The translations under genes and the position numbers were made by a program. A stretch of 64,000 nucleotides of DNA from Planctomycetota bacterium. GTDB lineage: Bacteria > Planctomycetota > GCA-002687715 > CAIWVZ01. Where the stretch lies: assembly GCA_044222185.1 (NCBI GenBank), contig JBGANV010000002.1, positions 512,001 through 576,000 of the forward strand. The letters run 5' to 3'. Under the pieces are notes generated by a model, which was not told the origin of the DNA, searched no databases, and saw nothing but the letters and a program-made list of their open reading frames with translations. Shown piece after piece: positions 39,007-48,877 of this stretch (its first letter is position 1; each line of letters opens with the position of its first letter).

Positions 39007-39884
39007 CGTCGAGGGCCCCGCGCGCGCGCGCCGAGCTCTCGCGTGACGCGTTTGGGTTGAGCTATCGAAGCCAGCTCGTCGCCGGCGTCGCGGTGAATCT
39101 CCATCGGATCGACTGCCTCGAGATCCTGATGGACGATTGGATCGATCGGCCTGCTCGTGACCTCGACGGGCTGACGCTGCTGGCGGACCGCATTCCGATC
39201 ACGCTCCATGGCGTCGGGCTCGGCCTCGCGTCCGTCGAGCCCGTGGACGAGCGGCGGCTCGCAGCGACTGCGCGCCTCGTCGATCGACTGCGACCCGTGG
39301 CGTGGTCCGAACATCTCGCCTTCGTGCGGGCGGGCGGGATCGAGATCGGACACCTGGCGACCCCGCCGCGCACCAACGCCGTGCTCGACGGCACGATCCG
39401 CAACGTCGAGCGCGCGACGAAGGTCGTCGGAAGCGCACCGCTGCTCGAGAACGTCGCGTCGTTGATCGAGATGCCGTCGCGACTTGGTGAGACGGATTTC
39501 CTGCGCGCGGTGCTCGCCGCCACGCGCTCCGATCTCCTGATCGACCTGCACAACCTGCACGCCAATGCCAGCAATTTCGGCTTCGATCCGCTGGCGTTCC
39601 TCGCCGACCTGCCGCCCGATCGCATCAGGCAGGTCCATCTGGCCGGGGGCCGGATGATCGGAGATCCGGGTGCGCAGCGCGTGCTCGACGATCATCTGCA
39701 CGAGGTGCCTTCGGTGGTGTTCGAACTCCTGTCGTCGCTGACGGCTCGGATCACCGGGCCGCTCTTGGTGATCCTCGAGCGCGACGGCCGCTATCCGCCG
39801 ATCGAGTCCCTGATCGCCGAGCTCGACCACGCACGAGTCGTGGTCACACGAGCCCGCGCGCGAAAGCTCCTGACGACGCAATGA
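38994..39884 (+). CDS. DUF692 multinuclear non-heme iron oxidative enzyme (MNIO)
   Basis: GLSYR, LEI..DDW, LHGVGLGL, WSEHLAF, LLENV, IDLHNL, VHLAGG, DDH, LERD; GGAGGAGG SD at 38977-38984. Confidence 0.92.
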   Translation: MWKLTSRAPRARAELSRDAFGLSYRSQLVAGVAVNLHRIDCLEILMDDWIDRPARDLDGLTLLADRIPITLHGVGLGLASVEPVDERRLAATARLVDRLRPVAWSEHLAFVRAGGIEIGHLATPPRTNAVLDGTIRNVERATKVVGSAPLLENVASLIEMPSRLGETDFLRAVLAATRSDLLIDLHNLHANASNFGFDPLAFLADLPPDRIRQVHLAGGRMIGDPGAQRVLDDHLHEVPSVVFELLSSLTARITGPLLVILERDGRYPPIESLIAELDHARVVVTRARARKLLTTQ

Positions 39885-40096
39885 CGCTCCAGGAGTTCCT
39901 GGCTCGGCTCTACGTCGACGCCGCATTTCGCGCCGCCTTCCTCGCGGATCGGGAGCGCGTGGCGCGATCCGCAAACCTGCCCCCGGAGGAGATCCGAGAG
40001 GTCGTGCGCCTCGACGGCGCCGCACTGGAACTCGCCGCCGCGAGCTTCGCGCACAAGCGGGCACGCAAGTCCGTTCAGCGCCCGCGCGAGCGTTGA
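39881..40096 (+). CDS. Small helical MNIO-associated partner (71 aa)
   Basis: ATGA overlap; LQEFLARLYVDAAFRAAFLAD...LELAAASFAHKR resembles SCO6045-C / leader-like helical modules. Confidence 0.7.
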   Translation: MTLQEFLARLYVDAAFRAAFLADRERVARSANLPPEEIREVVRLDGAALELAAASFAHKRARKSVQRPRER

Positions 40097-40333
40097 CTCG
40101 GCTCCCGGTCGACCGCCGGGGTCCAAGCTCTGGCTATCGGTGCCCCGTCGCTCGATGCCAAGCTCGGCGAGCCGACGGACAAGCTGCTGGACGATCGAGA
40201 CGGCCTCTCCGCGAGGACGGGGGAGTCGGCGAGCGTCACTGAAGCGTGACGGATCTTGGAGTCGGCGGCGTGCCTCTTCCCGAGGATTCGTGGCTCCGTG
40301 CGGCGTGGTACGGGGCTTGCACCCGTTCGGGGC

Positions 40334-42151
40334 ATGAGTCGCTCGACACTCTGCGTCCTCGCGATCGTCACACTCCTGCTCGGCTCTCCGCTCACCGCGC
40401 AGTCGACCTGGGGCCGGCGCATGGTGACGGAGGGCGGACGGTCAATGCTGGTCGACGATCGCGATGCCCTCTTCCGCCTGATGACCGATCGGATCGGGAG
40501 CGGCGATGCCGACGAGCCCGCGATCTACCCGACGCTCGGCAAACTCGTGGCAGCCGCAAAGCCGGGCGAAACGGTGATCCAGTCGGTCGCGGTCCTCATG
40601 GCGGAGTCGAAGCGATTCGACGACCGCCTCGTCGCGACGATCGACCTGCTCCTCGAGCGGGGCTGGCCCGGCGGGCCCATGGGCAAGGCGGCGTTTCTCG
40701 CCGCGTTCGCCGACGCCCTGAACCGCGCGGCAGCGATCTCGGGCGACGGCGCGGCGGGAGACGAGGCGCTCGCGCGCGTCTGGGCCGCGCGAAGGCTCGG
40801 CGGAACCTCGGAGGAAGTCCCCGCTCGGGTCGCCGGTCGGGCGTCGGATCTCGTCGCCGCGTTCGACGCGAACGCGCTGATGAGCAAGCCCATCGGCTTC
40901 TACGAATGGACAGATGAACTGTCGCACCTGTTTCGCCAGGACCGCTTCCTGCAGCAGTCCGTCGACATGAAGGCGAATGGTGGGGCGTGGCTCACCGAAG
41001 CGTCGCGTGTCCTGTTGGAGGAGCCGGCGCTCCACGGTGCGTATTCCGCGTGGCGCAGGGTTGCGACGACGCTCTCGAATCCCCTCGCCATGGCGTCGCT
41101 CACGGATCTGAGCGCCGCGCCGCGTTCCGAGGCTGCGTTCTTCCCGCCGAGTCGGTCTCACGAGGCGGAGCTGCTCGTGAAGCTGTATGGCAACCGTCCC
41201 ATCCCGGACGGGCATGTGTTCATGGACGACCTCGTCGCTGGGATCCGAAGAGGCGCGGTCGACCTCACGCCGCAGGCGTCGTCCGGTTGGTACGACTGGC
41301 AAGGCTGGGCGCTGGAGCCGTTGATCCGGCGCAGCACGTCGCCGGAGGAGAAGAAGGTCGACTGGGAGTCGGGGTACGCGAAGCATTGCGAAGCGGTGTT
41401 TCGTGCGTTGCTGACGCAACGTCGCGAGACACATGCCAAGCAGCTTCTTTCTCCGCCCTGCGGCGGGTCGGCGGGCACGCGACGCGTCGTGATCCACGTG
41501 GCGCCGAGACTGACGGTCGAGCCGCACGTGACGCTTTACCGCCGGACGTCCGAGTCGTACGCGTTCGTTCGCAGGAGTCTCGAGCGACTCCTCGGACGTG
41601 ACGTGCTTGCGACGACGCGTCTCGTCTCGGCCGACGGAGCCGTCGGCGAAACGGTTCTTGGCGGACTGGAACGGCAAGAGCGTTGGTTCGCCGATCTCGC
41701 CGCCCTCGCGTGCCGCGAAGTCGGCGGGGAGGTCCGGTGGCTCGGTCAGGGCCTCGATGAAGCGGCAGCACTCCGCAGCGCGGATCGCGCGGCGGCAGCC
41801 CTGTCTGCGGGCCTCACCGCCGACGACCTCGCCCACGATCCACGCGTGATGGTTCCCGTCGGCTTCGACCTCGGGCGGAAGGAGGTCCGTTGCTGGGCCG
41901 TCGTCGGCGTCGCCACCTGCGAAGTCACCGCGTTCTATGCGCGGCCCCCCGAGTGCCGTTTGGAACCGTCCGCCACGGAGCGCGCTTCCGACGCCGTCAC
42001 CTCGTTCGCTACCGCCGTTCTCTCCGTGCCCTACGAAGTCCAGATCGAGTGCTCGCTGAAGCAACCGCTCACGCGCACCGAGCTGCGCAAACTCTGCGAC
42101 GCCTGCACGACGCTCGATCAGATCAAGAGGGCGCTGGGGGCGGTGAGGTAG
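40334..42151 (+). CDS. Secreted hypothetical protein, weakly DUF3160-like
   Basis: Signal peptide LTA-Q; SKPIGFYEW..EL..LFRQDRFLQ, SGWYDWQ.WALEPL, RRETHAKQ. Confidence 0.6.
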   Translation: MSRSTLCVLAIVTLLLGSPLTAQSTWGRRMVTEGGRSMLVDDRDALFRLMTDRIGSGDADEPAIYPTLGKLVAAAKPGETVIQSVAVLMAESKRFDDRLVATIDLLLERGWPGGPMGKAAFLAAFADALNRAAAISGDGAAGDEALARVWAARRLGGTSEEVPARVAGRASDLVAAFDANALMSKPIGFYEWTDELSHLFRQDRFLQQSVDMKANGGAWLTEASRVLLEEPALHGAYSAWRRVATTLSNPLAMASLTDLSAAPRSEAAFFPPSRSHEAELLVKLYGNRPIPDGHVFMDDLVAGIRRGAVDLTPQASSGWYDWQGWALEPLIRRSTSPEEKKVDWESGYAKHCEAVFRALLTQRRETHAKQLLSPPCGGSAGTRRVVIHVAPRLTVEPHVTLYRRTSESYAFVRRSLERLLGRDVLATTRLVSADGAVGETVLGGLERQERWFADLAALACREVGGEVRWLGQGLDEAAALRSADRAAAALSAGLTADDLAHDPRVMVPVGFDLGRKEVRCWAVVGVATCEVTAFYARPPECRLEPSATERASDAVTSFATAVLSVPYEVQIECSLKQPLTRTELRKLCDACTTLDQIKRALGAVR

Positions 42152-42268
42152 TGTTGGCGTGACACGAACACCTCATTCGAGGTTCGATCCGTGCGAGGAG
42201 TTCAGGACCTGATCACCCGTCACCGACCACGCCACCAGACCTGCGACGGATGATCCTCACGTCCGCCC

Positions 42269-42739
42269 TCACTTCGTCACCGGCCGCTGCGATGCCGCCA
42301 TCAGCGCGGCGACGTGGCGCTGGAAGTCGTCGTGCATGATCTTCATGGACGGACTCGTGAACATCTTGCGGAAGCCGGTCTCGCGCACCATGGAGTGCAT
42401 GCGGTTCGTCCAGCTCGCGAAGTAGTCGTCGGGGATCTGGCCGTGACGATGGGAGAACCACGCGATCTCGAAGAGCGAGAGCTGCATGAGATTCATGTAG
42501 TACTCGCGGACCTCCTGCGGCGTCGTGAAGTCCTCATCTTCGCGGTCGACCTCGGCCAGCGTGGGGTCGTCCACGCGCATGCGCCGAAGCTGCATCTGGA
42601 GCTCGACCAGCTTGGCGAAGTTCGCCACGTGTTGCGCCTTGCGGGCATCACGGAACTGGATGGCCGTGTAGATGAGACCTCCAGCGATGGCGAACGCGCT
42701 GAGGCCCTGCAGGATGATCTGGTAGTGGATGGGTTCCAT
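42269..42739 (-). CDS. Single-TM hypothetical protein (DUF4760/DUF6082-like)
   Basis: N-terminal TM followed by QFR..RKAQ; helical domain LFEIAW...GQIP...W. Confidence 0.7.
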   Translation of the reverse strand: MEPIHYQIILQGLSAFAIAGGLIYTAIQFRDARKAQHVANFAKLVELQMQLRRMRVDDPTLAEVDREDEDFTTPQEVREYYMNLMQLSLFEIAWFSHRHGQIPDDYFASWTNRMHSMVRETGFRKMFTSPSMKIMHDDFQRHVAALMAASQRPVTK

Positions 42740-42843
42740 GGTGGTTTCGTCGTCGCGGCTCGATCGAGGCGCAGACTGTAGCGGGATGACGCGCGGTTCG
42801 AACGGCGGCGGCGTATACTCGCGCCTCGAACGGAGGTCGTCGC

Positions 42844-44175
42844 ATGGCACGGGATGAAGCGTCGCTCGGGATGCGGTTGGTGTTCGCGGTCACGTTGGTC
42901 GCGAGTCTCGGCGTCCAGGCACAGAAGCCGGCGGGAGATCCCAAACCGGCCGGCGGAGCCGCACCGAAGGATGCCGCCGAGGTGATCGACACCATGCGCA
43001 CGACGCTCCTCGGCGCGAAGTCCGTGAGCTTCCACACGAAGTTCACGAGCGGGTTCGGGCCCATCGTGGCGCTCGGCGCCGACCTGCAGGCGACCGTTCG
43101 ACGGAGCGACGACGGCGCCATGACCGGCCTGCGCATGACCGGGAAGTTCCTGCCCGGCGGGCCCAACTTCGATGCGGCCTCCGACGGGACGCGCGTCCGC
43201 GCCATCGATCGCGACGCGAAGATCTACGAAGACGGTCCGTTCAGCGCCGACGCCATGGCCATGCAACCGCCGGGCATGGGCGGCGGACTCCCCATGCTGC
43301 TCTGGGCGTTCCCCGTCGAGTTCCTGCAAACGAAAGACCTGGCGATCCAGGAGGGCGACACGGCGCAGTTGAAGCCGCCGGTGACGATGGACGGCGTCCT
43401 GTGCGACGTCGTCGAAGTCGCACGCAAGGTGGAGATCAAGGGCATCCCGCCGCACACGACGATCTACATCTACACGGTGGGGCGTGGCGACCACCTGCTT
43501 CGCAAGATGAGCCGCGAGAACGTCACTTCCGAGCCGGGAAGTCTCCGCAGCCCGATCCCTCGCGAGTTCAACCAGTGGAAGGTGAACCCGGCCGTCGATG
43601 ACGCGACGTTCACGCTCGACGTCAGCGGACTGAAGGAAGGCGAGTTCCGCGTGAAGGGGCCGGGCTCGGGCGGCATGGACGGGCCTCCCGGCGGCATGCC
43701 CGCGGGACTCGGCAAGAGCGGTCCGTCGTTCGGTCTGAAGGCCGGCGACAAACCCTCGGACTTCGCGTTGAAGGACACGAGCGGCAAGGAGCAGAAGCTC
43801 GCGGCCTACGCCAAGAAGACGCTGATCGTGTGCTTCACCGAAGCATCCGACGCATCGGCCGAGGGGTTCGTCGGCAAGCTGAAGGCGAAGGTCGGCGACA
43901 AGGCGTCGCTTCTCGAACTGGTCGTGGACCACGGGTCTCCACCGGACACGAAGAGGATGAAGACGCCGGCGTGGCCGCGCTGCCTGTCGGCTGACGGTGT
44001 GGACGATGCGTGGAGCATCAACCTGTTTCCCATGCTCGTCGTGATCGGGGGAGATGGGAAGGTCGTGACGTCGATGCCCACGGGCCTTTCCGGCGGCGTG
44101 CCCGTCGACACCGTGATCGAAGGGTTCACGAAGAAGCTCAACGCCTACCTGAAGAACCCCGCGAAGGGCTGGTGA
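42844..44175 (+). CDS. Secreted LolA/DUF2092-like domain fused to a degenerate redoxin domain
   Basis: Signal peptide; SDGT..., WKVNPAVDDATF; then LKAGDKPSDFALKDTSGK...FPMLVVIGGDGKV, with no CxxC. Confidence 0.7.
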   Translation: MARDEASLGMRLVFAVTLVASLGVQAQKPAGDPKPAGGAAPKDAAEVIDTMRTTLLGAKSVSFHTKFTSGFGPIVALGADLQATVRRSDDGAMTGLRMTGKFLPGGPNFDAASDGTRVRAIDRDAKIYEDGPFSADAMAMQPPGMGGGLPMLLWAFPVEFLQTKDLAIQEGDTAQLKPPVTMDGVLCDVVEVARKVEIKGIPPHTTIYIYTVGRGDHLLRKMSRENVTSEPGSLRSPIPREFNQWKVNPAVDDATFTLDVSGLKEGEFRVKGPGSGGMDGPPGGMPAGLGKSGPSFGLKAGDKPSDFALKDTSGKEQKLAAYAKKTLIVCFTEASDASAEGFVGKLKAKVGDKASLLELVVDHGSPPDTKRMKTPAWPRCLSADGVDDAWSINLFPMLVVIGGDGKVVTSMPTGLSGGVPVDTVIEGFTKKLNAYLKNPAKGW

Positions 44176-44513
44176 TGGCGCGGATCACTGCGGCGGCGTT
44201 TCGGAAGGCGGCGATGGCGATGCCGGAGGCGATCGAGGCGCCGCACTTCGAGCGCACGTCGTTTCGCGTGGGAAAGAAGATCTTCGCCACGATGACGGCC
44301 GACGGGACCGAGGCCATGGTGAAGGTCACGCCGAAGGAGCGGGTTCACGCGCTGCTCGACGCCCATCCGGGCGCGTTCTTCAGCTACGGCGGATGGACCG
44401 AGCGCCTCGGCGCTCTCGGCATCCGTCTGGGGAAGGCCGATTCCGCCATCGTGCGAGCACTCCTGATCGACGCGTGGCGTCAGGCCGCGCCGAAACGCCT
44501 CAGGTCGGAATGA
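44175..44513 (+). CDS. MmcQ/YjbR family protein
   Basis: MPEAIEAPHFERTSFRVGKKIFAT...LLIDAWRQAAPKRL; TGATG coupling to the upstream gene. Confidence 0.85.
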   Translation: MARITAAAFRKAAMAMPEAIEAPHFERTSFRVGKKIFATMTADGTEAMVKVTPKERVHALLDAHPGAFFSYGGWTERLGALGIRLGKADSAIVRALLIDAWRQAAPKRLRSE

Positions 44514-44627
44514 CGCCGTGAGTGGCGCGAACTCCGCCGCAGCCCCATAATCGTCGCCACATCGAGGAGACCGCCACGCGGGTTCGAACGCGGGCGGGAG
44601 TTCGCCACATAGGCACGAGGAGACGTC

Positions 44628-45947
44628 ATGGCTCATCGTTCGGCGGCGATACGGGCGGCGATTCTGATCGGCATTCTGGCGTGGGGTGGGCGAGCGCAGG
44701 CTCCGGCCGTCGGCGACGTGGCTCCATCATTCGAGCTGGAAGCGTGGACGAACCTGCCGGCGAACCTGAAGGTGCCGACGGCGGATGCGCTCAAGGGTCG
44801 CGTCGTCCTCATCGAGTTCTGGGGCACGTGGTGCGCGCCGTGCGTGCGCGCGATGCCGCGGATCCAAGCGTTGCACGACCGGTTCAAGGATCGCGGGCTG
44901 ACGGTCCTCGGCATCTCCTACGAGCCGCTCGACAAGACGAAGCCGTTCGTCCAGAAGGAGGGATACTCGTTCGCCATCGGGTCCGATCCGGCGAAACGCG
45001 TGGTGGAGGCCTACGGCGTGCGGAGCTGGCCCACGTCGATCGTGATCGGGAAGGACGGCAAGGTCGCGCACGTCGGCGATCCGTATTCGGCCGAGACCGC
45101 CGTGGAGTCGGCGCTCGGTCTCGAGACCAAGGCGGCGAAGATCCTCACGAACGCGCTGGATGCGCTCGCGTCGAAGGATAAGAAGCGGATCCGCGAGGAG
45201 CTGGGGCGCATCGCCGAGAAGGAAACGCTCGAGCTCGACCTGAAGGCTTGGGCGTTGGAGTTGGGCGGTGCGGCGAAGGGCGACGAGAAGCCGTCGACCT
45301 CGTTCGACGCACACGCCGAGCTGGCGAAGCTGGCGCAGGCCTGGATCGCCAAGGACGAAGCCCGCAAGAAGGCGCTGCTCGATCTCCTCGCCGGGAAGGC
45401 GCCGGTGGAGTTCGATGCGACACCGTGGGCGAAGAAGGCCTATGGCAAGGAGGTGCCGATCACGAAGGAGGAATATGCGGCGCTGTTGAAGGCTCAGCGC
45501 TACGACGAGGCCGTCGACGTCTTGTATCTGCGGTCGCCGCCGCCCGCGGTCGTCGCCGCGGCGACTCAGGACAAGGGACTCAAGGAGCACTGCGGCAAGA
45601 AGGCCGCCGATGCGCGACTCGAGGCGAAGAAGGCCCTGATGTGCGGCGACTACGTGCTGGCGGGGCGACAACCGAAGGACAACGACGGTTACTGGAAGGA
45701 GCTGTCGGTGTCCGGCATGCGGACGTCCGAGGATCGCAAGCGCATCACCGGCGTGCTGCTCGGTGATGGCACCGTCGGCGTGTCGAACGCTGCCTTCTAC
45801 GTCGAGCGGCATCTCGCTCGCTCGTTCGTGATGGAGGCTCTCTCGGCGGGAAAGGAGCCGTCCATCGGCGCGCTCCCCGAAAAGGTTCGCAAGGAGCGCG
45901 ACGAGATGCGAAAGGTGCTGGATCGGAAGTACGCGCCCGATCCCTGA
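44628..45947 (+). CDS. TlpA-family thiol-disulfide oxidoreductase with C-terminal helical extension
   Basis: Signal peptide; LKGRVVLIEFWGTWCAPC, YGVRSWPT.IVIGKDG. Confidence 0.88.
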   Translation: MAHRSAAIRAAILIGILAWGGRAQAPAVGDVAPSFELEAWTNLPANLKVPTADALKGRVVLIEFWGTWCAPCVRAMPRIQALHDRFKDRGLTVLGISYEPLDKTKPFVQKEGYSFAIGSDPAKRVVEAYGVRSWPTSIVIGKDGKVAHVGDPYSAETAVESALGLETKAAKILTNALDALASKDKKRIREELGRIAEKETLELDLKAWALELGGAAKGDEKPSTSFDAHAELAKLAQAWIAKDEARKKALLDLLAGKAPVEFDATPWAKKAYGKEVPITKEEYAALLKAQRYDEAVDVLYLRSPPPAVVAAATQDKGLKEHCGKKAADARLEAKKALMCGDYVLAGRQPKDNDGYWKELSVSGMRTSEDRKRITGVLLGDGTVGVSNAAFYVERHLARSFVMEALSAGKEPSIGALPEKVRKERDEMRKVLDRKYAPDP

Positions 45948-45962
45948 TCGGCCACGGAGACG

Positions 45963-47366
45963 TCACACTCCGAGCACGAGCGCCAGGGCGTTCGTCAGCG
46001 TGAGTCCGAGCGGTGCGCCGCCGTCGATCGTGACGGCTTGAACCGCCGGGGCCAGGCCCGCGACGCCCGGGTCCGGGGGAATGGGAACCGGGAAGGCGAC
46101 GCTGCCCGTGGGATTGGCCGTCCCCGCGAGGATCGGGTTCAGTCCGGCGTTGATGAAGCCCACGAGGCTCGGGACGTCGACCCAGATCGAGCAGCCTCCG
46201 CCGATCGGTGTTGGCGGTGCGATCGTCGCTGAAAGGAAGACCGCCACGCCAGCCGATGGGAGCGCGCCGCCGATGGCAAGTCCGAAACCGGCGTTGCCGA
46301 GCGTGGGCGTCCCGATGGCGGAGAGGACGGGCGTGTTCGCCGCGCTCCCCGTGCATCCCGATCCGTGCGGCAAGGCGACCGCGATCGGGTAGCCGACGAT
46401 GGGCGCACGGAAGACCGCGATGCGCACCGACGCAACCGTCACGCCGTGTCCCGTAGCCGGTCCGAATGCGATCGTCGCGGCACTGGGCCCGCTGGGCGCG
46501 TTGGCGACGACGACGTTGTCGTTGTTCGTCTGCACGCCGAAGGGAACGCCGCCGATGACGGCGCCACCGACGGCCACGCCGTACACGAGGCCCGTGGTCG
46601 GTTCGAACTTCGCTTCGCCGGTTCCAGTGATCTCCGGCGCGTCCATCACGGGGTTCTGGAGCAGCCCGGAGAACGACCATCGCGTCACGGATCCTGCAGT
46701 CGCGCTTCCCGCCGAGAGGAAGATGTCGCCGGACATGGGGCTCACGGCGAGGCCATTGCGGTTCGTCGGGCCGCCGACGAGCCGGTCCGGCGCGGGCGCA
46801 GTTGCGCCACTGCTCACGAACCACGTGGCGGTCGCCGAGGTGACGAGTACGTTCCCTCCCGGGAGCGCCGCGATGGCTGCGGCGGAGGTCTGGCCCGTGG
46901 CGAAGGCCTGCAATGTCGAGCCGACCCCGATGGGGGCCGCAAGTCGCATGATGTCGCCGTTGCCAAAGAGCACGTAGACGTCACCGCTCACGACGTCGGC
47001 GTCCAGATCGCGGACCTGTTTCGACGGCCCGTTCACGATCAGCGTGGACGTGGGGTTGGATAGCGACGCGGAGAAATCGAGCAGGTAGATCGAGTATCCG
47101 ACGACGGCGCCGAGGGGAGCCTGCGCGGTGCTCATGAGGGCGAAGTTCGACCCCGGCAAGTGCTCGATCTGGCGGCTCGTCGCGGTCGTGCTCAGGCTCG
47201 TTCCGACAGGTGCTGTGAATGGGGTCGAGCTGGAACCGCGGATGTGGACGGCGGTGCTGATGCCGGCCAGCAGGACATCGCCGGGTTGGAGCTGGGCACT
47301 CGCGGCGCAAGCGAGGATCACGGCGGTCGAAAGGAAGCGCAGGATCGGGACGGCGGTTTTCGTCAT
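45963..47366 (-). CDS. Secreted beta-propeller-like protein with C-terminal planctomycete-type domain
   Basis: Signal peptide ASA-Q; SGDVYV/SGDIFL blades; C-terminal GTPTLGN...IPPDP...VQA...TNALALVLG. Confidence 0.75.
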   Translation of the reverse strand: MTKTAVPILRFLSTAVILACAASAQLQPGDVLLAGISTAVHIRGSSSTPFTAPVGTSLSTTATSRQIEHLPGSNFALMSTAQAPLGAVVGYSIYLLDFSASLSNPTSTLIVNGPSKQVRDLDADVVSGDVYVLFGNGDIMRLAAPIGVGSTLQAFATGQTSAAAIAALPGGNVLVTSATATWFVSSGATAPAPDRLVGGPTNRNGLAVSPMSGDIFLSAGSATAGSVTRWSFSGLLQNPVMDAPEITGTGEAKFEPTTGLVYGVAVGGAVIGGVPFGVQTNNDNVVVANAPSGPSAATIAFGPATGHGVTVASVRIAVFRAPIVGYPIAVALPHGSGCTGSAANTPVLSAIGTPTLGNAGFGLAIGGALPSAGVAVFLSATIAPPTPIGGGCSIWVDVPSLVGFINAGLNPILAGTANPTGSVAFPVPIPPDPGVAGLAPAVQAVTIDGGAPLGLTLTNALALVLGV

Positions 47367-47534
47367 GACGGCAACCCTCGGGGCAGGCTCGGGGGATCGT
47401 ACACGCAGAAATCCGGGCGTGGGTGGGGAACCTCCGGGCTCCGCGCCTCAGCCGGTGTGACGAGTTAAGTTCCCCGCCGCTCGGACCGTCGTGGCGCACG
47501 TGCGCCCGATCTCGGTGACTGGAAGATCGACTCG

Positions 47535-48248
47535 ATGAATTTGGACGCCGTTTCCTGGAATCTGATCGGGGCTGCGGTGGTGATCGCCATCACCCACACC
47601 GCGCTCGGTCCGGACCATTTTCTTCCGTTCATCATGCTGTCGAGGGCGCGGCGGTGGAGCGTCGCTCGGACGCTCTGGATCACCGCGGGATGCGGAGTGG
47701 CGCACGTGTCCTCGTCGCTGATGCTCGGGGTCGTCGGCGTCGCGGTCGGGATGGGGGTTGGCGCCATCCACGGGCTGGAAGATGTACGCGGGACGCTGGC
47801 GGGTTGGGCCATGCTCGCGTTTGGCCTGGCCTACGGGACGTGGGGGGTGCGGCGCGCGGTGCGCCACCAAGACGGCGTCGAGCTGCACGATCACGGCGGG
47901 CACGTTCACGTTCACCACGATGGCGGACCCGGGCACGTCCACGAAGGGCGACCGACTGCCGATCGGAACACGGCGTTCTGGACACTTTTCATTCTGTTCG
48001 TCCTCGGACCATGCGAGCCGTTGGTTCCATTGGTGATCCTGCCCGCGAGCCAGGGGCGCTGGCAGTTGGCGGGCCTCGTCTCGGCTGTGTTCGCCGCTGC
48101 AACCGTCGTCACGATGCTCGTCATCGTGGCGCTGGCGCACGCGGGCCTGGCGCACGTGCGCCGGGGGCGTCTGGAGCGCTGGTCGCACTCGCTGGCCGGA
48201 GCCGTGATCGCTGCGTCGGGTGCCGGGATGGTCTTCCTGGGAATGTGA
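47535..48248 (+). CDS. Nickel/cobalt transporter-like membrane protein (RcnA/UreH/NiCoT-like)
   Basis: HTALGPDH, His-rich loop HDHGGHVHVHH..GHVH, PCEP motif, about six TM segments. Confidence 0.75.
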   Translation: MNLDAVSWNLIGAAVVIAITHTALGPDHFLPFIMLSRARRWSVARTLWITAGCGVAHVSSSLMLGVVGVAVGMGVGAIHGLEDVRGTLAGWAMLAFGLAYGTWGVRRAVRHQDGVELHDHGGHVHVHHDGGPGHVHEGRPTADRNTAFWTLFILFVLGPCEPLVPLVILPASQGRWQLAGLVSAVFAAATVVTMLVIVALAHAGLAHVRRGRLERWSHSLAGAVIAASGAGMVFLGM

Positions 48249-48611
48249 CGCGCTCCGGTGCGCCCGGCCATGGGGGCGGCGCGCGGCATAGAACGCGCGA
48301 ACGTCGATGTCCATTTCTCGCACGCTCGCGGACCGGGCGGCGCGAACGCCAGCGTCCAGCAGTGTTGCGACGGACACGCAGGGTCGGAGGTGGAAGTCCG
48401 CAAGCGGGCGCCGGGTCCGCGCCCGGGGAGCCAAGGCTCCTCCTCACGCCCGACAGGGCGTCGAGGCCGACTGCCACGGTTCATTCGAGGCGCTGGTCGT
48501 CGGCGAGTGCCACGTCGCTCGCCGAGCCGTAGCGACCGAAGGGTGGCGCACACCCTCAGACGATCCGCCCTGATTCCGATCGCAGTCCCGCGCGTCGTGA
48601 CGCGCCGCACC

Positions 48612-48877
48612 TGGCGCGCGTGCGCCACTCAGCGATCCTCCAGCGGACGTCGGGCGTGACGATCGATCGGGGGACTGAGGCGTCGGTCGTCGGGCGCGCG
48701 GGACCGTCGGCGATCTTTGGCGCACGTGCGCCAGGACCGTGCGCCGGACCGTGCGCCAGGACCGTGCGCCACTCGGCCAGATTTCGGCGGGTGGCGGGCG
48801 TGACGAGAAACCAGCCAACTGCGGCGTCCGTCGTCGAGCATGTGGGGGCTTCGGCGATCGGTGGCGCGCGTGCGCCA
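48612..48877. repeat. Two diverged 114-bp direct repeats with 16-bp palindromes and GGACCGTGCGCC tandem repeats
   Basis: Units 48620-48733 and 48764-48877 align ungapped (about 84/114 identical by hand count). TGGCGC(A/G)CGTGCGCCA at 48612, 48718 and 48862. Confidence 0.75.

Noticed and set aside
42178-42196. GGTTCGATCC tRNA T-loop-like motif (also GGTTCGAA at 44581)
   Set aside because: No T-stem pairing or cloverleaf; not a tRNA or att site.
47380-47534. Cobalamin riboswitch
   Set aside because: GGGAA is present, but the B12 box and other conserved elements were not found.
48612-48877. CRISPR array
   Set aside because: The intervening sequences are homologous to each other rather than unique spacers, spacing is irregular and there are no cas genes.
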